Assembly: GCA_032718475.1 (NCBI GenBank)
Contig: JAUCBJ010002885.1
Location: forward strand, 1 to 34,083
Length of the DNA: 34,083 bases
Direction of reading: 5' to 3'
Source: Nemertoderma westbladi
Lineage: Eukaryota; Animalia; Xenacoelomorpha
The notes beneath the pieces are model-generated. The model worked only from the letters and a program-made list of their open reading frames with translations, was not told the origin of the DNA and did not search any database. Shown in pieces: positions 22,248-34,083 of the stretch; positions within the stretch are counted from its first letter, which is position 1; every line of letters starts with the position of its first letter. Both the position numbers and the translations under genes were made by a program.

Positions 22248-22442
22248 TATGTGGACTGATCTGTGAGTTTAGAACTACATTATAGATTTAGAGGTACCAC
22301 TACAGCTACCCATAACATTACAGTAGTCAAGATCCATTATAATCTTTCAAATCTATCAAGTTTAGTGAGGGAATGTCGGGGGGTGGGGTGGAAGTAAAGG
22401 AAGGAAGTTTGGTGAGGGAAGGTCGGGGGGTGGGGGTGGAAG

Positions 22443-23294
22443 CAGGCCCGTATGGTGATCATAATATCTGGGGGGGGGGCAGAGGCGAAATCTGGGGGGG
22501 CAAACCCATAACTGGGATTTGGGGAGCATACAGCAAAGTGTGAGTTAATTTAGTACATAAAGTAATGTGGGGCGAGCCACGAAGTTGGCAGACCCTTGAC
22601 GAACTGACACTGTTAAGGGAGTGGGCCAGTAATAGCAAATAGTTGGTGTTAAGTTACGATTTTGACATGCCAATAAATTTGTCGGATTTAATTAATCCTG
22701 TCGAGTTCACAATTTTTATAGGCATAAGTACTGTATGTCCAAAAGATATGGTTAAAATTACAAAAAATAAAATTTTAGATATGTATACCAGCACAAGCAT
22801 CCATCAGTGCCTAGCTTATTACTATTAGCTGCAAGCTGGCACCCAAACATGCAGACAATAGGTCAACAGCGAACAACCCCTGCCCTGGTAGCCAATGAGA
22901 GAACCTGGAGCTTCCGTGTATGTTTAGTAATTATATGAGCTGCAATCTGACTTGACAATCCTGATCTGACAAGGCTTAGAGTGTAATTAATGAATTACTA
23001 TCAAAATCTATAAAGAGATGTGGTCTGCCAACAAGCTTTCCTGTGAGTAGCAAAATAGAACAAATACATATCGGTACACCATACAATGTAATTCGGCAAT
23101 TATAATTGCACCAAATGGAATGGTTGGAAGTCAGGTCAGGTCAGTAGCGGGTAGAAGTAGTATGTGAATCCAATAATATTGATTGCCAACAATATTATTA
23201 TTAATTAATTGTGAACAAAACATGACTGGGGGGGCAGTGGGTCTTGTCTGGGGGGGGGGGGGGGGGGGGCAGTGCCCCCAAAGCCCCAAAGCCA
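22443..23294. mobile_element. MITE-like insertion splitting the left edge of the G-rich satellite
   Basis: Satellite sequence at 22359-22442 resumes in register at ~23295. The insert starts CAGGCCCGTA..poly(G)CA and ends poly(G)CAGTGCCCCC, a common invertebrate MITE pattern. Right TIR degenerate. Confidence 0.5.
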
Positions 23295-26200
23295 AAGTAA
23301 AGGAAGGAAGTTTGGTGAGGGAAGGTCGGGTGGAGGGGTGGAAGTAAGGGAATGACTGGAGGTGAAGGACGGACGGGGTGGGGAATGGAAGTAAAGGAAG
23401 GAAGTTTGGTGAGGGAAGGTCGGGGGTGGGGGTGGAAGTAAGGGAATGACTGGAGGTGAAGAAAGGACGGAGTGGGGAATGGAAGTAAAGGAAGGAAGTT
23501 TGGTGAGGGAAGGTCGGGGGTGGGGGTGGAAGTAAGGGAATGACTGGAGGTGAAGGACGGACGGGGTGGGGAATGGAAGTAAAGGAAGGAAGTTTGGTGA
23601 GGGAAGGTCGGGGGTGGGGGTGGAAGTAAGGGAATGACTGGAGGTGAAGGACGGACGGGGTGGGGAATGGAAGTAAAGGAAGGAAGTTTGGTGAGAGAAG
23701 GTCGGGGTGGGGGTGGAAGTAAAGGAATGACTGGAGGTGAAGGTTTGGTGAGAGAAGGTCGGGGGTGGGGGTGGAAGTAAGGGAAGGAAGTTTGGTGAGA
23801 GAAGGTCGGGGGGGGGGGGGGTGGAAGTAAAGGAAGTAAGTTTGGTGAGGGAAGGTCGGGGGTGGGGTGGAAGTAAGGGAATGACTGGAGGTGAAGAAAG
23901 GACGGGGTGGGGAATGGAAGTAAAGGAAGGAAGTTTGGTGAGAGAAGATCGGGGTGGGGGTGGAAGTAAGAGAATGACTGGAGGTGAAGGACGGGCGGGG
24001 TGGGGAATGGAAGTAAAGGAAGGAAGTTTGGTGAGGGAAGGTCGGGGGTGGGGGTGGAAGTAAGGGAATGACTGGAGGTGAAGAAAGGACGGAGTGGGGA
24101 ATGGAAGTAAAGGAAGGAAGTTTGGTGAGAGAAGGTCGGGGGGGGTGGAAGTAAAGGAAGGAAGTTTGGTGAGGGAAGGTCGGGGGTGGGGTGGAAGTAA
24201 GGGAATGACTGGAGGTGAAGAAAGGACGGGGTGGGGAATGGAAGTAAAGGAAGGAAGTTTGGTGAGGGAAGGTCGGGGGTGGGGGTGGAAGTAAGGGAAT
24301 GACTGGAGGTGAAGGACGGACGGGGTGGGGAATGGAAGTAAAGGAAGGAAGTTTGGTGAGGGAAGGTCGGGGGTGGGGTGGAAGTAAGGGAATGCCTGGA
24401 GGTGAAGAAAGGACGGGGTGGGGAATGGAAGTAAAGGAAGGAAGTTTGGTGAGGGAAGGTCGGGGGTGGGGGTGGAAGTAAGGGAATGACTGGAGGTGAA
24501 GAAAGGACGGGGTGGGGAATGGAAGTAAAGGAAGGAAGTTTGGTGAGAGAAGGTCGGGGTGGGGGTGGAAGTAAGGGAATGACTGGAGGTGAAGGAAGGA
24601 CGGGGTGGGGAATGGAAGTAAAGGAAGGAAGTTTGGTGAGAGAAGGTCGGGGTGGGGGTGGAAGTAAGGGAATGACTGGAGGTAAAGGAAGGACGGGTGG
24701 GGGAATGGAAGTAAAGGAAGGAAGTTTGGTGAGGGAAGGTCGGGGGTGGGGTGGAAGTAAGGGAATGACTGGAGGTAAAGGAAGGACGGGTGGGGGAATG
24801 GAAGTAAAGGAAGGAAGTTTGGTGAGAGAAGGTCGGGGGTGGGGGTGGAAGTAAGGGAATGACTGGAGGTGAAGGACGGATGGGGTGGGTTATGGAAGTA
24901 AAGGAAGGAAGTTTGGTGAGGGAAGGTGGGGGGCGGGGTGGAAGTAAGGGAATGCCTGGAGGTGAAGGACGGACGGGGTGGGGAATGGAAGTAAAGGAAG
25001 GAAGTTTGGTGAGAGAAGGTCGGGGGTGGGGATGGAAGTAAGGGAATGACTGGAGGTGAAGGAAGGACGGGTGGGGGAATGGAAGTAAAGGAAGGAAGTT
25101 TGGTGAGGGAAGGTCGGGGGGTGGGGGTGGAAGTAAGGGAATGCCTGGAGGTGAAGGACGGACGGGGTGGGGGAATGGAAGTAAGGGAAGGAAGTTTGGT
25201 GAGGGAATGTCAGGGGGGGGGGGGTGGAAGCAAAGGGAATGTCTGGAGGTGAAGGAAGGATGGGGTGGGGGCATGGAAGTAAATGAAGGAAGTTTGGTGA
25301 GGGAAGGTGGGGGTGGGGTGGAAGTAAGGGAATGCCTGGAGGTGAAGGACGGACGGGGTGGGGGAATGGAAGTAAGGGAAGGAAGTTTGGTGAGGGAATG
25401 TCGGGGGTGGGGGTTGAAGTAAGGGAATGCCTGGAGGTGAAGGACGGACGGGGTGGGGGAATGGAAGTAAGGGAAGGAAGTTTGGTGAGGGAATGTCGGG
25501 GGGGGGGGGGGTGGAAGTAAAGGGAATGTCTGGAGGTGAAGGACGGGCGGGGTGGGGAATGGAAGTAAAGGAAGGAAGTTTGGTGAGGGAAGGTCGGGGG
25601 TGGGGGTGGAAGTAAGGGAATGACTGGAGGTGAAGAAAGGAGGGAGTGGGGAATGGAAGTAAAGGAAGGAAGTTTGGTGAGAGAAGGTCGGGGGGGGTGG
25701 AAGTAAAGGAAGGAAGTTTGGTGAGGGAAGGTCGGGGGTGGGGGTGGAAGTAAGGGAATGACTGGAGGTGAAGAAAGGACGGGGTGGGGAATGGAAGTAA
25801 AGGAAGGAAGTTTGGTGAGAGAAGATCGGGGTGGGGGTGGAAGTAAGGGAATGACTGGAGGTGAAGGACGGGCGGGGTGGGGAATGGAAGTAAAGGAAGG
25901 AAGTTTGGTGAGGGAAGGTCGGGGGTGGGGGTGGAAGTAAGGGAATGACTGGAGGTGAAGAAAGGACGGAGTGGGGAATGGAAGTAAAGGAAGGAAGTTT
26001 GGTGAGAGAAGGTCGGGGGGGGGGGGTGGAAGTAAAGGAAGGAAGTTTGGTGAGGGAAGGTCGGGGGTGGGGGTGGAAGTAAGGGAATGCCTGGAGGTGA
26101 AGAAAGGACGGGGTGGGGAATGGAAGTAAAGGAAGGAAGTTTGGTGAGGGAAGGTCGGGGGTGGGGGTGGAAGTAAGGGAATGACTGGAGGTGAAGAAAG

Positions 26201-29200
26201 GACGGGGTGGGGAATGGAAGTAAAGGAAGGAAGTTTGGTGAGAGAAGGTCGGGGTGGGGGTGGAAGTAAGGGAATGACTGGAGGTGAAGGTTTGGTGAGA
26301 GAAGGTCGGGGGTGGGGGTGGAAGTAAGGGAAGGAAGTTTGGTGAGAGAAGGTCGGGGGTGGGGGTGGAAGTAAGGGAATGACTGGAGGTGAAGAATGGA
26401 CGGGGTGGGGAATGGAAGTAAAGGAAGGAAGTTTGGTGAGAGAAGGTCGGGGTGGGGGTGGAAGTAAGGGAATGACTGGAGGTAAAGGAAGGACGGGTGG
26501 GGGAATGGAAGTAAAGGAAGGAAGTTTGGTGAGGGAAGGTCGGGGGGTGGGGTGGAAGTAAGGGAATGACTGGAGGTAAAGGAATGACGGGTGGGGGAAT
26601 GGAAGTAAAGGAAGGAAGTTTGGTGAGAGAAGGTCGGGGGTGGGGGTGGAAGTAAGCGAATGACTGGAGGTGAAGGACGGATGGGGTGGGTTATGGAAGT
26701 AAAGGAAGGAAGTTTGGTGAGGGAAGGTGGGGGGTGGGGTGGAAGTAAGGGAATGCCTGGAGGTGAAGGACGGACGGGGTGGGGAATGGAAGTAAAGGAA
26801 GGAAGTTTGGTGAGAGAAGATCGGGGGTGGGGATGGAAGTAAGGGAATGACTGGAGGTGAAGGAAGGACGGGTGGGGGAATGGAAGTAAAGGAAGGAAGT
26901 TTGGTGAGGGAATGTCGGGGGTGGGGGTGGAAGTAAGGGAATGCCTGGAGGTGAAGGACGGGGGGGGGGGGGTGGAAGTAAAGGGAATGTCTGGAGGTGA
27001 AGGAAGGACGGGTGGGGGAATGGAAGTAAAGGAAGGAAGTTTGGTGAGGGAATGTCGGGGGTGGGGGTGGAAGTAAGGGAATGCCTGGAGGTGAAGGACG
27101 GACGGGGTGGGGGAATGGAAGTAAGGGAAGGAAGTTTGGTGAGGGAATGTCGGGGGGGGTGGAAGTAAAGGAAGGAAGTTTGGTGAGGGAATGTCGGGGG
27201 TGGGGGTGGAAGTAAGGGAATGCCTGGAGGTGAAGGACGGACGGGGTGGGGGAATGGAAGTAAGGGAAGGAAGTTTGGTGAGGGAATGTCGGGGGTGGGG
27301 GTGGAAGTAAGGGAATGCCTGGAGGTGAAGGACGGACGGGGTGGGGGAATGGAAGTAAGGGAAGGAAGTTTGGTGAGGGAAGGTCGGGGGTGGGGGGTGG
27401 AAGTAAAGGGAATGTCTGGAGGTGAAGGACGGGCGGGGTGGGGAATGGAAGTAAGGGAAGGAAGTTTGGTGAGGGAATGTCGGGGGTGGGGGGGTGGAAG
27501 TAAAGGGAATGTCTGGAGGTGAAGGACGGGCGGGGTGGGGAATGGAAGTAAAGGAAGGAAGTTTGGTGAGGGAAGGTCGGGGGTGGGGGTGGAAGTAAGG
27601 GAATGACTGGAGGAGAAGAAAGGACGGAGTGGGGAATGGAAGTAAAGGAAGGAAGTTTGGTGAGAGAAGGTCGGGGGGGGGGTGGAAGTAAAGGAAAGAA
27701 GTTTGGTGAGGGAAGGTCGGGGGTGGGGGTGGAAGTAAGGGAATGACTGGAGGTGAAGAAAGGACGGGGTGGGGAATGGAAGTAAAGGAAGGAAGTTTGG
27801 TGAGAGAAGGTCGGGGTGGGGGTGGAAGTAAGTGAATGACTGGAGGTAAAGGAAGGACGGGTGGGGGAATGGAAGTAAAGGAAGGAAGTTTGGTGAGGGA
27901 AGGTCGGGGGTGGGGGAATGGAAGTAAAGGAAGGAAGTTTGGTGAGGGAAGGTCGGGGGTGGGGTGGAAGTAAGGGAATGACTGGAGGTAAAGGAAGGAC
28001 GGGTGGGGGAATGGAAGTAAAGGAAGGAAGTTTGGTGAGAGAAGGTCGGGGGTGGGGGTGGAAGTAAGGGAATGACTGGAGGTGAAGGACGGATGGGGTG
28101 GGTTATGGAAGTAAAGGAAGGAAGTTTGGTGAGGGAAGGTCGGGGGGCGGGGTGGAAGTAAGGGAATGCCTGGAGGTGAAGGACGGACGGGGTGGGGAAT
28201 GGAAGTAAAGGAAGGAAGTTTGGTGAGAGAAGGTCGGGGGTGGGGATGGAAGTAAGGGAATGACTGGAGGTGAAGGAAGGACGGGTGGGGGAATGGAAGT
28301 AAAGGAAGGAAGTTTGGTGAGGGAAGGTCGGGGGGTGGGGGTGGAAGTAAGGGAATGCCTGGAGGTGAAGGACGGTCGGGGTGGGGGAATGGAAGTAAGG
28401 GAAGGAAGTTTGGTGAGGGAATGTCAGGGGGGGGGGGGGGTGGAAGCAAAGGGAATGTCTGGAGGTGAAGGAAGGACGGGGTGGGGGCATGGAAGTAAAT
28501 GAAGGAAGTTTGGTGAGGGAAGGTGGGGGTGGGGTGGAAGTAAGGGAATGCCTGGAGGTGAAGGACGGACGGGGTGGGGGAATGGAAGTAAGGGAAGGAA
28601 GTTTGGTGAGGGAATGTCGGGGGGGGGGTTGAAGTAAGGGAATGCCTGGAGGTGAAGGACGGACGGGGTGGGGGAATGGAAGTAAGGGAAGGAAGTTTGG
28701 TGAGGGAATGTCGGGGGGGGGGGGTGGAAGTAAAGGGAATGTCTGGAGGTGAAGGATCGGGCGGGGTGGGGAATGGAAGTAAAGGAAGGAAGTTTGGTGA
28801 GGGAAGGTCGGGGGTGGGGGTGGAAGTAAGGGAATGACTGGAGGTGAAGAAAGGACGGAGTGGGGAATGGAAGTAAAGGAAGGAAGTTTGGTGAGAGAAG
28901 GTCGGGGGGGGGTGGAAGTAAAGGAAGGAAGTTTGGTGAGGGAAGGTCGGGGGTGGGGGTGGAAGTAAGGGAATGACTGGAGGTGAAGAAAGGACGCGGT
29001 GGGGAATGGAAGTAAAGGAAGGAAGTTTGGTGAGAGAAGATCGGGGTGGGGGTGGAAGTAAGGGAATGACTGGAGGTGAAGGACGGGCGGGGTGGGGAAT
29101 GGAAGTAAAGGAAGGAAGTTTGGTGAGGGAAGGTCGGGGGTGGGGGTGGAAGTAAGGGAATGACTGGAGGTGAAGAAAGGACGGAGTGGGGAATGGAAGT

Positions 29201-32200
29201 AAAGGAAGGAAGTTTGGTGAGAGAAGGTCGGGGGGGTGGAAGTAAAGGAAGGAAGTTTGGTGAGGGAAGGTCGGGGGTGGGGGTGGAAGTAAGGGAATGA
29301 CTGGAGGTGAAGAAAGGACGGGGTGGGGAATGGAAGTAAAGGAAGGAAGTTTGGTGAGGGAAGGTCGGGGGTGGGGGTGGAAGTAAGGGAATGACTGGAG
29401 GTGAAGAAAGGACGGGGTGGGGAATGGAAGTAAAGGAAGGAAGTTTGGTGAGGGAAGGTCGGGGGTGGGGGTGGAAGTAAGGGAATGCATGAAGGTTTGG
29501 TGAGAGAAGGTCGGGGGTGGAAGTAAGGGAAGGAAGTTTGGTGAGGGAAGGTCGGGGGTGGGGGTGGAAGTAAGGGAATGACTGGAGGTGAAGAAAGGAC
29601 GGGGTGGGGAATGGAAGTAAAGGAAGGAAGTTTGGTGAGGGAAGGTCGGGGGTGGGGGTGGAAGTAAGGGAATGACTGGAGGTGAAGGAAGGACGGGGTG
29701 GGGGAATGGAAGTAAAGGAAGGAAGTTTGGTGAGGGAAGGTCGGGGGGTGGGGGTGGAAGTAAGGGAATGACTGGAGGTGAAGGAAGGACGGGGTGGGGG
29801 AATGGAAGTAAAGGAAGGAAGTTTGGTGAGAGAAGGTCGGGGGTGGGGGTGGAAGTAAGGGAATGACTGGAGGTGAAGGACGGAGGGGTGGGGGATGGAA
29901 GTAAGGGAAGGAAGTTTGGTGAGGGAAGGTCGGGGGTGGGGGTGGAAGTAAGGGAATGACTGGAGGTGAAGGACGGACGGGGTGGGGAATGGAAGTAAAG
30001 GAAGGAAGTTTGGTGAGAGAAGGTCGGGGGTGGGGGTGGAAGTAAGGGAATGACTGGAGGTGAAGGAAGGACGGGGTGGGGGAATGGAAGTAAAGGAAGG
30101 AAGTTTGGTGAGGGAAGGTCGGGGGTGGGGGTGGAAGTAAGGGAATGACTGGAGGTGAAGGACGGACGGGTGGGGGTGGAAGTAAGGGAAGGAAGTTTGG
30201 TGAGGGAAGGTCGGGGGGTGGGGGTGGAAGTAAAGGGAATGTCTGGAGGTGAAGGACGGGCGGGGTGGGGAATGGAAGTAAAGGAAGGAAGTTTGGTGAG
30301 GGAAGGTCGGGGGTGGGGGTGGAAGTAAGGGAATGACTGGAGGGAAGAAGGACGGGTGGGGTGGAAGTAAGGAAGGAAGTTTGGTGAGGAAGGTCGGGGG
30401 TGGGGTGGAAGTAAGGGAAGAAGTTTGGTGAGGGAAGGTCGGGGGTGGGGGTGGAAGTAAGGGAATGACTGGAGGTGAAGGAAGGACGGGGTGGGGGAAT
30501 GGAAGTAAAGGAAGGAAGTTTGGTGAGGGAAGATCGGGGGTGGGGGTGGAAGTAAGGGAATGACTGGAGGTGAAGGACGGGCGGGGTGGGGAATGGAAGT
30601 AAAGGAAGGAAGTTTGGTGAGGGAAGGTCGGGGGTGGGGGTGGAAGTAAGGGAATGACTGGAGGTGAAGAAGGACGGGTGGGGAATGGAAGTAAAGGAAG
30701 GAAGTTTGGTGAGGGAAGGTCGGGGGTGGGGGTGGAAGTAAGGGAAGGAAGTTTGGTGAGGGAAGGTCGGGGGTGGGGGTGGAAGTAAGGGAATGACTGG
30801 AGGTGAAGGAAGGACGGGGTGGGGAATGGAAGTAAAGGAAGGAAGTTTGGTGAGGGAAGGTCGGGGGTGGGGGTGGAAGTAAGGGAAGGAAGTTTGGTGA
30901 GGGAAGGTCGGGGGTGGGGGTGGAAGTAAGGGAATGACTGGAGGTGAAGGAAGGACGGGGTGGGGAATGGAAGTAAAGGAAGGAAGTTTGGTGAGGGAAG
31001 GTCGGGGGTGGGGGTGGAAGTAAGGGAATGACTGGAGGTGAAGGAAGGACGGGGTGGGGAATGGAAGTAAAGGAAGGAAGTTTGGTGAGGGAAGGTCGGG
31101 GGTGGGGGTGGAAGTAAGGGAAGGAAGTTTGGTGAGGGAAGGTCGGGGGTGGGGGTGGAAGTAAGGGAATGACTGGAGGTGAAGGAAGGACGGGGTGGGG
31201 AATGGAAGTAAAGGAAGGAAGTTTGGTGAGGGAAGGTCGGGGGTGGGGTGGAAGTAAGGGAATGACTGGAGGTGAAGAAAGGACGGGGTGGGGAATGGAA
31301 GTAAAGGAAGGAAGTTTGGTGAGGGAAGGTCGGGGGTGGGGGTGGAAGTAAGGGAATGACTGGAGGTGAAGGAAGGACGGGGTGGGGGAATGGAAGTAAA
31401 GGAAGGAAGTTTGGTGAGAGAAGGTCGGGGGTGGGGGTGGAAGTAAGGGAATGACTGGAGGTGAAGGAAGGACGGGGTGGGGAATGGAAGTAAGGGAAGG
31501 AAGTTTGGTGAGGGAAGGTCGGGGGTGGGGTGGAAGTAAGGGAATGACTGGAGGTGAAGAAAGGACGGGGTGGGGAATGGAAGTAAAGGAAGGAAGTTTG
31601 GTGAGAGAAGATCGGGGTGGGGGTGGAAGTAAGGGAATGACTGGAGGTGAAGGACGGACGGGGTGGGGGAATGGAAGTAAGGGAAGGAAGTTTGGTGAGG
31701 GAAGGTCGGGGGTGGGGGTGGAAGTAAGGGAATGACTGGAGGTGAAGGAAGGACGGGGTGGGGAATGGAAGTAAAGGAAGGAAGTTTGGTGAGGGAAGGT
31801 CGGGGTGGGGGTGGAAGTAAGGGAACAGGAAGTTTGGTGAGAGAAGGTCGGGGGTGGGGGTGGAAGTAAGGGAAGGAAGTTTGGTGAGAGAAGGTCGGGG
31901 GTGGGGGTGGAAGTAAGGGAATGACTGGAGGTGAAGAAGGACGGGGTGGGGAATGGAAGTAAAGGAAGGAAGTTTGGTGAGAGAAGGTCGGGGTGGGGGT
32001 GGAAGTAAGGGAATGACTGGAGGTAAAGGAAGGACGGGGTGGGGGAATGGAAGTAAAGGAAGGAAGTTTGGTGAGGGAAGGTCGGGGGGTGGGGTGGAAG
32101 TAAGGGAATGACTGGAGGTAAAGGAAGGACGGGTGGGGGAATGGAATGGAAGTAAAGGAAGGAAGTTTGGTGAGAGAAGGTCGGGGGTGGGGGTGGAAGT

Positions 32201-33609
32201 AAGGGAATGACTGGAGGTGAAGGACGGATGGGGTGGGTTATGGAAGTAAAGGAAGTAAGTTTGGTGAGGGAAGGTGGGGGGTGGGGTGGAAGTAAGGGAA
32301 TGCCTGGAGGTGAAGGAAGGACGGGGTGGGGAATGGAAGTAAAGGAAGGAAGTTTGGTGAGAGAAGGTCGGGGGTGGGGATGGAAGTAAGGGAATGACTG
32401 GAGGTGAAGGAAGGACGGGTGGGGGAATGGAAGTAAAGGAAGGAAGTTTGGTGAGGGAAGGTCGGGGGGTGGGGGTGGAAGTAAGGGAATGCCTGGAGGT
32501 GAAGGACGGACGGGGTGGGGGAATGGAAGTAAGGGAAGGAAGTTTGGTGAGGGAAGGTCGGGGGTGGGGTGGAAGTAAGGGAATGCCGTTTGGAGGTGAA
32601 GGTCGGACGGGGTGGGGGAATGGAAGTAAGGGAAGGAAGTTTGGTGAGGGAAGGTCGGGGGTGGGGGTGGAAGTAAGGGAATGACTGGAGGTGAAGGACG
32701 GACGGGGTGGGGAATGGAAGTAAAGGAAGGAAGTTTGGTGAGGGAAGGTCGGGGGTGGGGGTGGAAGTAAGGGAATGACGTGGAGGTGAGGGAAGGTCGG
32801 GGGTGGGGGAATGGAAGTAAAGGAAGGAAGTTTGGTGAGGGAAGGTCGGGGGGTGGGGGTGGAAGTAAGGGAATGACGTGGTGGTGAGGGAAGGACGGGT
32901 GGTGGGAATGGAATGGAAGTAAAGGAAGGAAGTTTGGTGAGGGAAGGTCGGGGGTGGGGGTGGAAGTAAGGGAATGACTGTGAGGTGAAGGACGGACGGG
33001 GTGGGGGATGGAAGTAAGGGAAGGAAGTTTGGTGAGGGAAGGTCGGGGGTGGGGGTGGAAGTAAGGGAATGACTGGAGGTGAAGGAAGGACGGGTGGGGA
33101 ATGGAAGTAAAGGAAGGAAGTTTGGTGAGGGAAGGTCGGGGGGTGGGGGTGGAAGTAAGGGAATGCCTGGAGGTGAAGGACGGACGGGGTGGGGGAATGG
33201 AAGTAAGGGAAGGAAGTTTGGTGAGGGAAGGTCGGGGGTGGGGGTGGAAGTAAGGGAATGCCTGGAGGTGAAGGACGGACGGGGTGGGGGAATGGATGTA
33301 AGGGAAGGAAGTTTGGTGAGGGAATGTCGGGGGTGGGGGTGGAAGTAAGGGAATGCCTGGAGGTGAAGGACGGACGGGGTGGGGGAATGGAAGTAAGGGA
33401 AGGAAGTTTGGTGAGGGAATGTCGGGGGGGGGGGGGGTGGAAGTAAAGGGAAGTAGTCTGGAGAGGGAAGGTCGGACGGGGTGGGGGAATGGAAGTAAGG
33501 GAAGGAAGTTTGGTGAGGGTGTCGGGGGGGTGGAAGTAAAGGGAATGTCTGGAGGTGAAGGAAGGACGGGGTGGGGGAATGGAAGTAAAGGAAGGAAGTT
33601 TGGTGAGGG
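23295..33609 (+). repeat. ~10.3-kb purine/G-rich satellite with a ~94-bp monomer made of two related 47-bp halves
   Basis: Halves GGAAGTAAAGGAAGGAAGTTTGGTGAGGGAAGGTCGGGGGTGGGGGT and GGAAGTAAGGGAATGACTGGAGGTGAAGGACGGACGGGGTGGGGAAT. AATGAC anchors at 23351, 23445 and 23539. Roughly 110 monomer lengths. Confidence 0.98.
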
Positions 33610-33716
33610 TGCATTATACTGCCTTCTGGTCCGCGGACCGAGGTACCCAAATTGCAGATTTTAGTTATGCAATATTAACAGTACATCGGCATAATAGATT
33701 TTTGTATAATATGATC

Positions 33717-34083
33717 ATGTGGGGCGAGACACGTAGTCGGCGAGCCTTGGCATACGGTTCATATAGGGCAAATGGGGCACGTCCGTCTGTCTGTCTGTCT
33801 GTCCGTCTGTCTGGTAAATGTTTGAACGCGAATTTCTCGGCATCGCTGGTTCGGAATTGAACCAAACTTAGTAAGTAAGTAGTAGAGAGAAAGTTTAGAA
33901 AGTTTGTAAAGTTTGGTGAAAAATCATGCAGTCTGACGTCAGCTACGACAGATCATGTGGTTTTTAGAAAATGTTAAATTTCTCGGGAAGGCCTCATTTT
34001 CCTGAGCTGAAATTTTGGTGGCCTGTAGAGAATCATGAAGTCTATCTTTTACGAAATTGAAAGGTAAGACATTTAATTGGGGA
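33717..34083. mobile_element. Helentron/HINE (DINE-1-like) element, truncated by the window end
   Basis: ATGTGGGGCGAGACACGTAGTCGGC terminus (related copy at 22565), followed by a GTCCGTCTGTCTGTCTGTCTGTCCGTCTGTCT microsatellite (33781-33812). Confidence 0.6.

Noticed and set aside
23205-33650. Very long Pro/Ser/Phe-rich ORFs (689, 1426, 599 and 470 aa) on the minus strand
   Set aside because: They are translations of the pyrimidine-rich satellite strand, which has few A and so few stop codons. The same peptide cycles through all three frames.

Overview
AT-rich animal genomic DNA (probably an invertebrate; the taxon cannot be fixed from the sequence), dominated by mobile elements and repeats. 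Two apparent host genes are present. One is an intronless secreted, 10-Cys, probably GPI-anchored protein (2951-3649, +). The other is an intronless GTSF1/Asterix-family double CHHC zinc-finger piRNA factor with an unusual GRG/Pro-rich tail (19945-20796, -). A near-intact 4.5-kb RTE-clade LINE (4194-8693, +; TSD GTATTGAACC, (TAG)6 tail, one frameshift, 1.5-kb structured leader) is inserted into the integrase of a decayed Gypsy element (-). Further along are LINE ORF1 and Penelope fragments, several MITE/HINE-like elements, minisatellites and a ~10.3-kb G-rich 94-bp satellite with higher-order structure. The most striking observation is an ~80-nt tRNA-like Pol III unit (17359-17440). Its anticodon and variable arms also spell a complete minimal type I hammerhead ribozyme core with a palindromic stem III, making it a candidate tRNA/hammerhead two-state RNA.
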